A stretch of 63,235 nucleotides of DNA, counting the filler, from Dugesia japonica (lineage: Eukaryota), in NCBI GenBank assembly GCA_001938525.1. It is 6 parts of 6 records of this genome, joined end to end, with 100 filler letters (N's around TTAATTAATTAA, not from the genome) between each part and the next. Parts side by side here need not be neighbours in the genome. Positions count along the whole stretch, not along the records: positions 11,503 to 20,674 come from MQRL01607395.1; positions 20,775 to 31,118 come from MQRL01648193.1; 4 more parts are not named here. One strand, written 5' to 3'. The translations under genes and the position numbers were made by a program. The notes under the pieces were generated by a model. The model was not told the DNA's origin and made no database searches. It saw only the letters and a program-made list of their open reading frames with translations. Numbering within the stretch: position 1 is the stretch's first letter; every line of letters starts with the position of its first letter. Below, in pieces: positions 12,604 through 25,330 of this stretch.

Positions 12604-13511
12604 TCAAAATGTATTTTGGTGAATTAAATGATTTTTGACAAAATTTAAAATATTATCCATTGGTGTAATGGGATTAAATTCAGCAAATACTATTACTTTA
12701 TTTTCTTTAATAAGAATCTTTCTTTTTTGATATAATACACCGAAAATCCTAAATATAAGGTTAATTTTAATTTAATAAGAAAATATAATAAACTTCGCAT
12801 TTTTAATTCCTTTTGCATTTAAATACTCGCTATTTAATCTACAAAAAAATGACTACAATATCATAGTAAAAATATTAACCCTCTGTGTAGTGGGTCGACA
12901 TCACAATAAACAATTGAACTGGCTGACAAAAATCTTTTACAAAACAATATTCTCTCAATATCAACAATAGAAATTCCNNNNNNNNNNNNNNNNNNNNNNN
13001 NNNNNNNNNNNNNNNNNNNNNNNNNNNNNNNNNNNNNNNNNNNNNNNNNNNNNGCATGACGTATAGCATTTAAACCATTAAGCCTATCCACTGTTACCTT
13101 ACCCAAAAATAGCAGTTCTGCGCCTTAAACAACGTATTTATTAATTATAAATATTTATATTTTAAATATTACTTAATTTAGCCTGAGTAGGTTGAGCATA
13201 AGTTGTCACAGTTACTTGTGATTTCATTGATGATAGAGATGTTAAGCTTCCAGATAATCGTTTACTAAGAATATTAAAAGGATGAGAAAATTTTGGCTTC
13301 ACAATATTTCTGTTGCTTTTAATACTCGATTCACTAAAAGACACGCGTGGTAATTTGAGACAGCAAGGTAATCCTAGTGGTATTTCTAAATGTTGTAAAA
13401 CAAAACTATCCAACGAAGGAAAAATTGGTTCAATGGCATGACCAATAAGCTTGATTCCTTTAAGAACTGTTTCAACAAATTCTTTCAACGAAAAAAATTC
13501 ATAATTATCAT
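12604..13511 (-). CDS. Tensin-like protein, 3' exons (C-terminal SH2 half and PTB): about 13511-13173, 13123-12880 (contains N gap), 12838-12794, 12748-12604
   Basis: FVETVLKGIKLIGHAIEPIFPSLDSFVLQHLEIPLGLPCCLKLP matches the tensin SH2 end. ILFCKRF...VYCDVDP...AKIFGVL...VFAEFNPITPMDNILNFV matches the tensin PTB. Introns are about 41-49 nt GT-AG with matching phases. 5' exons not resolved. Confidence 0.75.
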
Positions 13512-13699
13512 CTAAAATTAAAATAATTATTTAAAACAATCTAAATGCATTCATAAAAATATTAAAATTATTTTACTTTCAAATAAATTATTTTTTATAT
13601 AGAAAAAAGTATATAGATTCTTAAAAAGGGATAATTTTGGGAAAATATAATGGGTTGAAACAATTGAAGCATACAGAGAACAAATATTTCGTACCATAA

Positions 13700-14280
13700 A
13701 TTACATGGCAGATCAAGTGTTACGGTATCATTTCAAATTAATAACGTTGAATGTTTTTTAGATATAGGAGCTCGAATTAACTTTGATTTTGAGTTGCTTA
13801 AATAATTACATTTAAAAATGAGTGATGAAAGATTGTGGTGTGCAAACGATAGTACACTAAAAAATTTTTGGGAAGTTAGAACTAGAATGACAATAGATGA
13901 AGTTTTCAAAGATGTTACTTTCTTATTCACAGAAATAGTGACACCAGATCTGGTTGAAGGAATATATATGCAGAAGATTTTTGGATACTAATTTTATACG
14001 GAAAATGGACAGTAAAGTTGAAAATTACATTTGTAATATTGAAGAAAAATTTGTGAGACAAATTAAAAAGGGAGAGCGATTGATAAGAGCCTTAAATACT
14101 CTGAATATTAAAAAGGTTTACCGGTTATTGAAAATAATTGAAGGTAAAGTTGTTTTCATAACATGTAGGATGCACATATTTAACAAAGCACAAAATAATT
14201 ATGTTGGGTGTTTTCCAACAATAAGCTCGAATATGTTAAAGTACTTGACTATGAATGGTTTACCTGACTTCACTGATTAG
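13700..14280 (+). mobile_element. Gypsy-like protease/pol remnant
   Basis: VECFLDIGARIN resembles a retropepsin LD(T/S)GA motif; degenerate downstream frame 13954-14280. Confidence 0.45.
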
Positions 14281-15969
14281 ATAAAGGTCCGTTTTGCANN
14301 NNNNNNNNNNNNNNNNNNNNNNNNNNNNNNNNNNNNNNNNNNNNNNNNNNNNNNNNNNNNNNNNNNNNNNNNNNNNNNNNNNNNNNNNNNNNNNNNNNNN
14401 NNNNNNNNNNNNNNNNNNNNNNNNNNNNNNNNNNNNNNNNNNNNNNNNNNNNNNNNNNNNNNNNNNNNNNNNNNNNNNNNNNNNNNNNNNNNNNNNNNNN
14501 NNNNNNNNNNNNNNNNNNNAAAATGTTTTAGCCATACTAATCTCCAATTGGTCGCACATCAATTTTTCTATTTTTCATTACAAGGGGAAGGTTCCGAATC
14601 GAGTCCGTAAAATTTTATAATAATTCTATATTTTAATAAAATTGTCAACGACTCTCGTTATACCTTATTTACTATGTTTAATGAATTTTAATTAATTATC
14701 TCATTTGAATTTAATCCCTCAAACTTTCACAACATGTAATTTCCACATTATCATTTATTAGAATGATTTCACATCGTTTGAAATGATTTGTGCTTTGTAC
14801 TTTGATTCATACATATTTATTTTCTGTCATTATTTTATCAATTTTATAGATTTACAAGCTACTCAGTTTTACTTGGGTATTTTTCCCACTTGATATTAAT
14901 TCTGATTCATAACGATGATTGAACTCAATGTTGTTCATTATTTCATAATCTATTAAATACTGATTTATACATCTTTACATCATTTAACATTTCACCATCA
15001 TAAATTATTAACCGGAATATTTAAAATTCATTATCCAATTATTTTCTTTTAATAAATTTATTTTGGTTTTCTATTTATATTAATATACATACTTACATTG
15101 TTATCTAAACTTGTAAATACCATTTACCGATATGTTTGAGCATTTATAACAGTTATACGATATGTAATTTTATTACTAATTTAATTTTTATTTCCTATTT
15201 ATCATTTCTACTTCCTAGTACGACTATTTATATCTGATTAATTTTTTTATTTGATCTATGGATATCTTTATATCCATAGTTATTTATGTTATCATTATAT
15301 GCATGTATATATAAAATATAACTTAATTGCTATAATTAAAATAAAACTTTTAATTCGTTTAAAATTTCCATTCAAAATTTTGATCGGTTCAACTAATTTT
15401 ATTAACCTAATTTGACATTTTAATTTCNNNNNNNNNNNNNNNNNNNNNNNNNNNNNNNNNNNNNNNNNNNNNNNNNNTTTCCATTTTGAAGTTTCAATTA
15501 ATCTTATTTTACTTAATTTGACATTTTAATTTCCATTTTGGGGTTCGGGGGTTTGTCCTTTCTTGTTCTGTTCATCTAAATCAGTTTCTGGGTTGTCAAA
15601 ATTTTAATATCCCTGTCTAATTTGTTTAATGAATTTTGCTTTCTTATCACAATCCATGCCCATAATTCTCCTAGCAAAAATGGTATAAATACTCTCATTA
15701 TTGTCATTTTTCCTCTTGGCGGGTGCCATGCTCCCCAACTTTTGAGGTAATATTTTATCATTTTGTATATAACTCATTTTATACTTAAATTATTTTTATA
15801 TCATTAATTCGTCTAATAATTTTGATTTCTAATAATATTTCCCTTTATTAATTCCAATTACTACAGTTAAATATGCTACTTTGATTAATTTTAATGATTT
15901 AATTTTTAAAATTTAATTTTTATGACTTATTCCCAAGATTTTAACAAATTTCAAATTTTATATTTATTG

Positions 15970-16140
15970 ACATATTATTACTACAATTACAAGTGGTGAA
16001 CCAATCAATGTAAAACCATACAGGGAATCACTGAACTTAGAAGATAAAATTGAAGAAACTTTGCAAAACCCGTTTGAGAAAATAATATTATTCAGAAATA
16101 CAACTCTTCGCAAAATACCCCACTGATTTGTGTATGGAAA
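15970..16140 (+). mobile_element. Gypsy RT N-terminal fragment
   Basis: ITSGEPINVKPYRESLNLEDKIEETL...PLICVWK, similar to 41560-41730. Confidence 0.55.
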
Positions 16141-16149
16141 ATGGAAAAG

Positions 16150-16580
16150 AAGGACAAGCAATGATACTTGATAACTTATCTTGTCTTGAAACTGAGTCGA
16201 AAAATACTTTTAAATTGGATATAAATAACGAAGAATATACTTGGATCTTACAATCATTCATTATTAAAATTAATTTTGTATGTACCCAAGAAGAATTTGT
16301 AAGCCTTATGTGACACAAAGTTAAAATTATAATTTCCTTCTCAAACCTTGAATTATTGTTCGCTTGGTTAAAAAACGGTATCCCAAAACTTGTTAAAATG
16401 TCAACTTCAATTCTTTTACCATTTGAGACTACATTTTATTGCAAAAAAAGCTTTCNCTGTGATGACAGGCATTAAGACAAAGCAGTGTGGACATATTACC
16501 TACTTAAAAACTCCCTCTAAGCTCGCACTTAGCGATTAAAGCACAGATTTGATTTGTTGTGTCAAATACACAATTGCGCA
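16150..16580 (+). mobile_element. hAT (Charlie-like) C-terminal dimerisation-domain remnant
   Basis: PKLVKMSTSILLPFETTFYCKKSF.VMTGIKTK resembles 'P.L...A...L.PF.TTYLCE.GFS.M..IKTK'. Confidence 0.55.
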
Positions 16581-17803
16581 CGCCATTGGATATCATTAAA
16601 TTAAAAGCTTCGATCAAAATGTTGTTTTTTGATATTTTCTAAAATGTTTTAGCTGTTAGTATTTCAAATTTTCAACTTTTGTCTTCTTTAGAATTTAACT
16701 TTTTTATAAATATTAGACAGTTTTTCAAAATTGTTAGCATTTCATTTAAATTTTTTTGGATAATTTTAATTTAATGTAAATAAAATTTATTTAGGTTTAT
16801 TTTAATTATTATTGTAAAGAAATAAAATAATTTAAAAGAAGTTTTAAGCTAATATAGTTATTATTAGTTTTATTAGGAGTATATAAAATACGAATTTACC
16901 CTTATCACCAGACCCCGCTAAAACCTGATGTACAATTTCTTCACTTCGCCGAAACCGTAAATGAGGCTGCTAAGGAAGGAAGAGTAAACTCGTATTTTAT
17001 ATATTACTCGTATTTCTTCTAACATGACTCTTTTTTTATCAAAACCACTAACTATGGTGTGTTCTTTTTTACATTTTAGAAATTGTAAAACTAAGCTTGT
17101 TTTCGATAAAAATGAAGAGTTAAACGTATTTCTGAAATCCAAGAATTGGTTCTAGAGTGAAGATTCTCAAAGTAAAAAGATATGAGTTCACCATTTTTGT
17201 TCCAAAAGGTATCTTTCTGATAAAAAATTGGCTCTGTTTACCTCTATTGATTATCGATTACATTTAAAAAATCTGATTAGTATCCATGTGGTTAAGTAGT
17301 AATTTCATCATCTTATATAAATATTTTGTCATCATATGCACTCAAGTCAATCTTTTTCTCTTTAACATTTTTCAAAACATGTTTATTAGATTTTATACTA
17401 TAACTAGTACCATATACAACTTCATTATTAAAAAGTGTATTTTTAAATTGTTCAAGTGTTATATATTATTATATTTCGATACACCTTTATGGTTAGTAGT
17501 GATTGAATCTAATCTGGTAATAAAATAAGATTTTTCTAAATAAGATTTTTCTTTGATGAAAAATGCTTCTGTAATTATTTTTTTTTGGGATTTCATCCTT
17601 CATTTGAAAGAAATGATCTCCTAATAAATGTTTAAATTTACTATAAAATTCTTCCATAATAAATAAATTCTACAAATAAAGAATCACTTTCACTACTATG
17701 ATTCGTGTATTGTCCTGGTATAATTTTATCTAGGTATATTATAAAAATAAATGTTATCATTGAATTATTATTGGTATCAAATATTATAAAATATATTATA
17801 ATA

Positions 17804-18237
17804 CAGGTATCCCTCCTACAACACGGTTTCACTGTAACACGATTGAAAAAAGTCCCGAAAACTTCTTATAACACGGTACTTCTACAACACGATTTTTATT
17901 TTTTTAGAAAATTATATTATCAGGGAATACCCAGATTTTATTATTTCAAGAATGCAAGTCTTATTTTATTTTTTGTGTATGTGGCCCTTTTTCTGGAGAC
18001 TATTGCCAGAGCACAGACCATATATTTTGCAAAATAGAAATTGTGAAGTAGGAAAAATAAATATTGTGTGGAGTTGTGAAATAAGAAACAGAAATATTTA
18101 AATAAATTTTAATTTACAAAGAATCGATTTTATTAACTGTTTTTAGGTAATTAATAAGCATTTGATTTTTTTGTAATTAAGTAAGACTATTTTTTGAAAA
18201 AGAAATTGCAGCCCATAACTATGTCTGGTGGAAATAA
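17804..18237 (+). mobile_element. Truncated 5' end of Tigger element (near-identical to 19076-19508)
   Basis: TA|CAGGTATCCCTCCTACAACACGG start; about 430 bp shared with the downstream copy. Confidence 0.75.
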
Positions 18238-18251
18238 AAAAACAACTTTAT

Positions 18252-18650
18252 TATTAGGTTGGTGCAAAAATGATATCATTTAAATTTTTTTTATTTCAAA
18301 GCACAATTTTTTTAATCATCATATTTTAAATATTCATCACATTTTGATAACATTTGAAAGTTTACAATCATTTATTTACTTTGTAATATAATTTTTTTAC
18401 AATGATAATTAATGATATCTTTCCTAAACTATTTAAATGAACATGGAAGAAAGGAAATTTGAACCATTATTTTTACAAGTTGATATTAGGCGCAGAAACA
18501 ACTAAAACAGCTTGCAAAATCTATCTTGAATTTGGTTCGAAAACTATTAATCATTGTATGGTACATAATTAGTTTGAACGGTTTTGCCAAGGAGATGAGA
18601 CCATAAAGTTGAAGGGTGTCGGGGCTGTCAATCTGATGTTTTTCACTTTG
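18252..18650 (+). mobile_element. mariner remnant
   Basis: TATTAGGTTGGTGCAAAA mariner-type TIR start; HTH remnant TACKIYLEFGSKTINHCMVHN*FERFCQGDE. Confidence 0.65.
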
Positions 18651-18694
18651 AATTAATAAATTCATTCACAGTAGGTCATGAATAAAATGGTGAA

Positions 18695-18760
<66 letters not shown>
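18695..18760. repeat. (TTA)n microsatellite running into a gap
   Basis: Direct observation. Confidence 0.95.
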
Positions 18761-19075
18761 NNNNNNNNNNNNNNNNNNNNNNNNNNNNNNNNNNNNNNNN
18801 NNNNNNNNNNNNNNNNNNNNNNNNNNNNNNNNNNNNNNNNNNNNNNNNNNNNNNNNNNNNNNNNNNNNNNNNNNNNNNNNNNNNNNNNNNNNNNNNNNNN
18901 NNNNNNNNNNNNNNNNNNNNNNNNNNNNNNAATGACGCATGGATGACAAGGATGTGGGTGCTACCCTTGTTTTTGGGTTTTATTTTGAGTAAATATGTTG
19001 TTGATTAAATTTAATATATACTAATAATGTGTGTTTTAGATATTAAATTAAATATTTCTAGATATTTTGGTTATA

Positions 19076-20674
19076 CAGGCATCGCTCCTACAACACGGTT
19101 TCATAGTAACCCGATTGAAAAAAGTCCCGAAAACTTCTTAAAATACGGTACTTCTACAACACGATTTTTATTTTTTTAGAAAATTATATTATCAGGGAAT
19201 ACCCAGATTTTATTATTTCAAGAATGCAAGTCTTATTTTATTTTTTGTGTATGTGGCCCTTTTTCTGGAGACTATTGCCAGAGCACAGACCATATATTTT
19301 GCAAAATAGAAATTGTGAAGTAGGAAAAATAAATATTGTGTGGAGTTGTGAAATAAGAAACAGAAATATTTAAATAAATTTTAATTTACAAAGAATCGAT
19401 TTTATTAACTGTTTTTAGGTAATTAATAAGCATTTGATTTTTTTGTAATTAAGTAAGACTATTTTTTGAAAAAGAAATTGCAGCCCATAACTATGTCTGT
19501 TGGAAATTAAAAGTAGAACTATGAAGAGAAAGTTTATTTCTTTAGAAGTAAAAATACAAATTTTAGATCGGTTGTAAACAGGAGAAAAAGCATAACACAT
19601 TGCAAAAACCCTAAATTCAAATGAGGTGACAGTCCGCACAATTAAGAAAAGTGAAAAGGAAATAAGAAGTGCTGTTGTTACAGGATCTTCGCAATCGTCA
19701 AAGTATTTAGCTCATTCCAGTGTGCCAGTAATTGAAAAAATGTATTGATGATAACTGTCAGTAAAGAATACCATTGGACAGAAATAATATTAGTCAAAAG
19801 GCTCTTAAAATGTATAATCATCTTAATAATCTTAACAAGACGGAGAATCGTCTGTGAAACCAGATTTTAAAGGCAGTAAAAGTTGGCTTGAGAAATTCAA
19901 AAGGCGTTTTTCACTTCACAATATAAAAATTCAAGGTGAAATTGCATCGGCAGGTCATGAAGCTGAGTAGCAAGGATACACATCAAAACAAGTTTCTAAT
20001 GCCAATGAAACGACTTTGGTTGAAATAAATGCCCAATAAGACATTTATATCAAAAATTGAAAAAACTGCACCCGGATTTAAAGTATCAAAAGATCGTGTA
20101 ACGTTACTATTGTGTAGTAATGCTTCGAGGATTATATGACAAAACACATGCTAATTTAAAGATCTTTGAACCCACGTGCAATTAAAGGCATAAATAAAAG
20201 CGCTTTACCAGTATATTGGAAAGCAAATTAAAAAGCTTGGGTAACTGCAAATCTATTCAGACGTTGGTTTTAAATTGTTTTGTCTCAGAGGTAGAAATTT
20301 ATTTAAAGCGAAATAATTTAGACTTCAAAGCGCTATTACTAATAGATAATGCGCCGAGTCACTGGCAAGATTTATGTTAGCGTTTCTACTTCCTAATATC
20401 ACTTCATTGATCAAGCCATTAGATCAAGGTACAATTTATACCTTTAAAACTTAATACATAAGAAAGTCTTTACAATGGACTCTAGATATAACTGATTCAA
20501 AATCTATTGATTTAAAGGAAGCTTGGAAACAATTTTCAATTAAGCACTGCATCGACATCATATCCTTATCGCTGAAAGAACTGAAAATTACAACATTTAT
20601 TTCATGTTGGAAAAAGGTATGGCCAGCAGCAGTTAAGATAGAAAATGTGCATGAATTAGGAGAAAATGAAATTC
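19076..20674 (+). mobile_element. Tigger (TIGD1-like) transposon, degenerate transposase, cut by contig end
   Basis: TA|CAGGCATCGCTCCTACAACACGG end; RKFISLEVKIQILDRL, FKGSKSWLEKFKRRF, APGFKVSKDRVTLLLCSNAS, LLLIDNAPSH, TSLIKPLDQG. Confidence 0.85.
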
Positions 20675-20774
20675 NNNNNNNNNNNNNNNNNNNNNNNNNN
20701 NNNNNNNNNNNNNNNNNNTTAATTAATTAANNNNNNNNNNNNNNNNNNNNNNNNNNNNNNNNNNNNNNNNNNNN
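20675..20774. other. Artificial contig linker
   Basis: TTAATTAATTAA at 20719-20730 between 44-N runs. Confidence 0.95.
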
Positions 20775-20964
20775 GGGAGATAAAAAGTAAGTATTCAAAT
20801 GATAAAACTCGTTAAACTATACTATTGGGTTCTAATTTTACATTATGTTTACAATTTTGACGCTCAATTTGTAACCTTATTTTAAATATACATTTCGACC
20901 TGTTCTCATATGGCGGTAAATGGGTTCAAGATTAAACTTTACAAAACATATTTGCAGGCATTCA

Positions 20965-23900
20965 TTATTCAAAAGTTAATGTACAAGTTAAATAAAATTC
21001 TAGTAATTTTACATTTGTGATATCTATTCCTGTTATAGCTTGAATAGTTGGAGGAAGAGATCCTAGTAATTTTGCAACTTCTGAAGCAAGAGTACCTCCA
21101 GTACCATTATCCATAATTGTTATATTCTTTGTACGTTGTAAAGGACTCGACACTTCGGCTGCTATTCTTGGCATACTATCAATTATTTGATTCAGAATAG
21201 CAGTTTTTCCGTATTTTTTAAATGCCTCAGCTCTCATTTTCATTCGCGCTGCTTCTGCTTTTCCGATTTCACCAATTACAAAAGCTTCAGCTTCCCCTTT
21301 AAGCTCAATCTTTCGAGCTTCACCTTTTGCTAAATATATCTGTTGCTCTCTGAAAAGAAATTATCAATAAGAAAATCTTAGATTAAAATAAAGAATTACT
21401 TGTAACCTTCAGATGTTCTTTCAATTTTATAAGCCTCCGACTCAGCAGGTTTTTTAATTGTCGCTATTAAATCATTTTCTCTCCGTAATACTTCATTTTC
21501 CTCAATTAATATCTGCTTATTTTTCTCAACCACTTCAATCTGTATTTCTTCAGTTCTGATTCTTTGTTTTTCCTTTGCAGCCTAAATAAAAATGATTTTA
21601 TAATTAATAAAATCAATTTCAAATTAACGAATGTTTGTTTATACTATAATATTATTTATAAGTTTAATGGTACACCATCTATAGCTGTAAGGCAAGAAAG
21701 AATAGCTGACAATGAATAGTCTACACTTTTTTTAAAGTAGGATGGAGAAATATTAGTTGGATATTTAAATACATTACTAGAGTGTATGCTATGAATGCTT
21801 TTAAGATGAACATATAAGCCTGATGTTTTACCATTACTTTACAGTTTTTTATTTTCTACTCACAGTTGTTGACTTTATATGTGCCTTTATCATGATTTTA
21901 TCACGTTCAAAATACTGCCGGGAAGCTCAATTATTCTTTTTACCAGTGTCCATTGAAGAGTAGATAACTGCTAAACTATTAGTAATATTTACAATAAAAG
22001 TAGAATACTAATTTACAATTAATTTATACATTATACTTATAAATAATGATAACCAATTGGCAAATAATACTTTTATCTAAGCAATCAATGATTGGACATT
22101 ATTGAAATAACTGATGAGCGTGAAATAATTTCATTTATATATTCACGAAGATTGCCATGTCAGCAAAGTATTCCCAGTAAAAAAAATAGTAAGAAATATT
22201 TCGATTTTAGTTTAGTTTTGTTTAAAGTGTATTTGAATGAAATTTGTTATACATCATAAAAACTATAAAATATTTTCTTCACTTTTATCTAAAAATTGGA
22301 TATCAGATGCAGAAATAAAAATTAAATTAAATTATTATTATTGTGAGGAATATATGATAAGTGAAATTTTTTGTTGTTTGAATATTCCAAAAAAGATATA
22401 AAAACAGTGTTAATTTTAAATAGAATTTTTAGAGTAATTAAGATTTGACGATCAATANNNNNNNNNNNNNNNNNNNNNNNNNNNNNNNNNNNNNNNNNNN
22501 NNNNNNNNNNNNNNNNNNNNNNNNNNNNNNAAATTTTATTTGGTAACATTTTTTAGAAAGCTTGTACATTTAATTGAAGTTAATAAATCTTTGATAAATA
22601 ATTTCAGTTATTAAGTTAGATCCAAATTTTGGAAATCCTGAGATATGTATGCCTCACAATTATTATTATTATAAGTAATAAAATTGCTGGCCGGGAGATA
22701 AAAAGTAAGTATTCAAATGTATAGTACTTGGGAAAGTTTTTGTAACAAACTATCATATATTGTACTCATTAATTAGTTTTTTAACAAATCAATTTATAAA
22801 CGTAAAAATGGTGTTAAAATACGACGAACATTAATGCTACACAAAATATTGAAAACTTATGCATTAATTCGAATGAAGAAATGAAATTGATTTCTCTCAA
22901 GTTGATAAAAAATTAATTCTTAAAAAACAGCTACCAAAATAAAAAATGTATCAAAATAATTATCTTTGAATACCGAGTTTAATAAAATCAAACAAAAGAC
23001 AACACATTAATTAAATTACATTTTATTATTGAGTAATGTAGCCAAATCATGTAAAATATAATAAAAAAATCTATACTCAAGCACAATCCGAGAGTTATAT
23101 TCAAAACACAAACACATTTGGGAATCCAATAACAGAAACTAAGACAAAAGATTTGTGATCCCAAATGCATTTGTGATGCGAAAAATATACGCAATAAGAA
23201 AAATGTCACTTATAAAATAAAATGCACCATTTATAAAGAAACATATAAGTGAAACATGTAGAATCAAACTAACAAGAATTGAGGAACATCTCAAACAAAA
23301 AGAAAATGAAGTTTTCAACACCAACATAAAATTCCACCAGAACAATAACATCACATAACATGGAAAACACTAGGAACAGGCTACATTTCTACACTTAGCA
23401 GGAAGAAACATGAAGAATTACTAATCAATGTAATTTATAATTACCGTATTTTCCGCAAGATACCACNNNNNNNNNNNNNNNNNNNNNNNNNNNNNNNNNN
23501 NNNNNNNNNNNNNNNNNNNNNTTTGCTTTTAATAAACGTTCGCTTTACAATACAATTTTTATTTTCCTGTGTATAACGCGCATAGTCACATTTGCTCGAT
23601 TTTTATATTTTTTATATAGATAACGCGCGCGGTATCTGGCGCAAAATACGGTAATTTATTAAATAAATTAACCAATTAAAATTAAATTAAATAAATTAAT
23701 TGCAAAAAAATATTTTTATTTTAGCAATAAATATTGAATAAATCACAAAGTCAATTTCTGACGAAGACAAAATCGAAAATTCAAAATACTATAAAAAACT
23801 AAAAAATAAATAAAATAAAAAAGAAAAACAATATTTTGACCGAAGCTTTTAATTAAATGAAATATACATTAATTGATCAAATAAATTATAAAAAGTTTCA

Positions 23901-25142
23901 TGATATATTTCAAAAGCGGCCTAAAGCTAAACGTTTATAAGTTAATTAAATGGATTCCTACTATTAATAAAAACTTTACTTTAAGAAATGATTTCTTGCT
24001 GATTTTTAAAAAAATGCTTTTTCAATACCAGTATTCAAATTTAAGAATACCTGAACTGTCGACATCAATTTTTGTTACTAATACTGGAATCCTGGTATCG
24101 ATACCACAGATATTGCTAATCCCGACATGTGACATATGCAAAATCATACAAAAATATTCATGAAAATATTAGTATTTAAAATCGAATAATAATTTATTTT
24201 CCAAATTCATATTTTATTATAATTATTAAAATTCTTAAAATCAATTCTAAAATCAATTGTCTTATTTCTATCGTTTCTTGTTTCTTTCTTTTTTTTATTC
24301 ATTTAAACAAAATTTTGATGTGAATATAATTTATTTTAATTGTCAAAAGGAAATAAAAACGAAGGATATATGTAATTATTTTTATTTATTTTATTTATAC
24401 ATATTAATTATATTAGGTGACAACAATTAGCTTTTTGAAATTAACAACTCCAAAACAAAATATAGATAATTTTATGTAGGAATTCATTTTTTTATAAAAT
24501 GTAATACAAACCTGTAACTCGTATGCTAATTCAGATTCTGCTTTCAGCTGATTAACTTGTGTTTCGAAAATGGCTTTTTGCATATTAAAATTTCTTTCTG
24601 AATCGGCGATTTCTGTGTTTGCTTGATAGCGAATATTCATTCTCAATTTCTCACATTCAGCTTCCTACAAATAATTACTTAACTTTATATGTAAAAATTA
24701 AAATCGAACTCTAATTCCGGCATCTCTCTCAGCTTCTGCAACACCAATATCTGCATCTTTCTTTACATTAGCAGTTTGAGCCCTTCCTAATGAATTCAAA
24801 TATTCCACTTTGTCATATACATCCTTAATAGTAAAGCTCAGAATTTCGATTCCCATTTTACTAACATCTGGGGACGCTACTTCTCGAACAAGTTGTGCAA
24901 ATTGATCCCTGTCCTATAAACAAATACCAATATTTACAAAAATAAAAAGATTTACTTGATAGACTGCTTCTACAGTTAATGTTCCTAAAATAGCACGCAA
25001 ATGACCTTCTAAAGTTTGTAAAATTGTATTTGCAATATCTTCTCTTTTTTTGCCTAAAAATTGTTCACAAGCCACTCGTAGAAGATTTTCCTCATTCATT
25101 ACCTTTACTTGTGCAACTCCTAATCATAAAATTTCTTAGGTG

Positions 25143-25211
<69 letters not shown>

Positions 25212-25261
25212 NNNNNNNNNNNNNNNNNNNNNNNNNNNNNNNNNNNNNNNNNNNNNNNNNN

Positions 25262-25330
<69 letters not shown>

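Noticed and set aside
18662-18949. Poly-Leu/Asn/Ile/Tyr ORFs (also 25024-25383)
   Set aside because: Translations of (TTA)n microsatellites and N gaps.
21660-22180. Possible BED-finger hAT remnant in flotillin intron
   Set aside because: Key Cys/His residues not convincingly retained.
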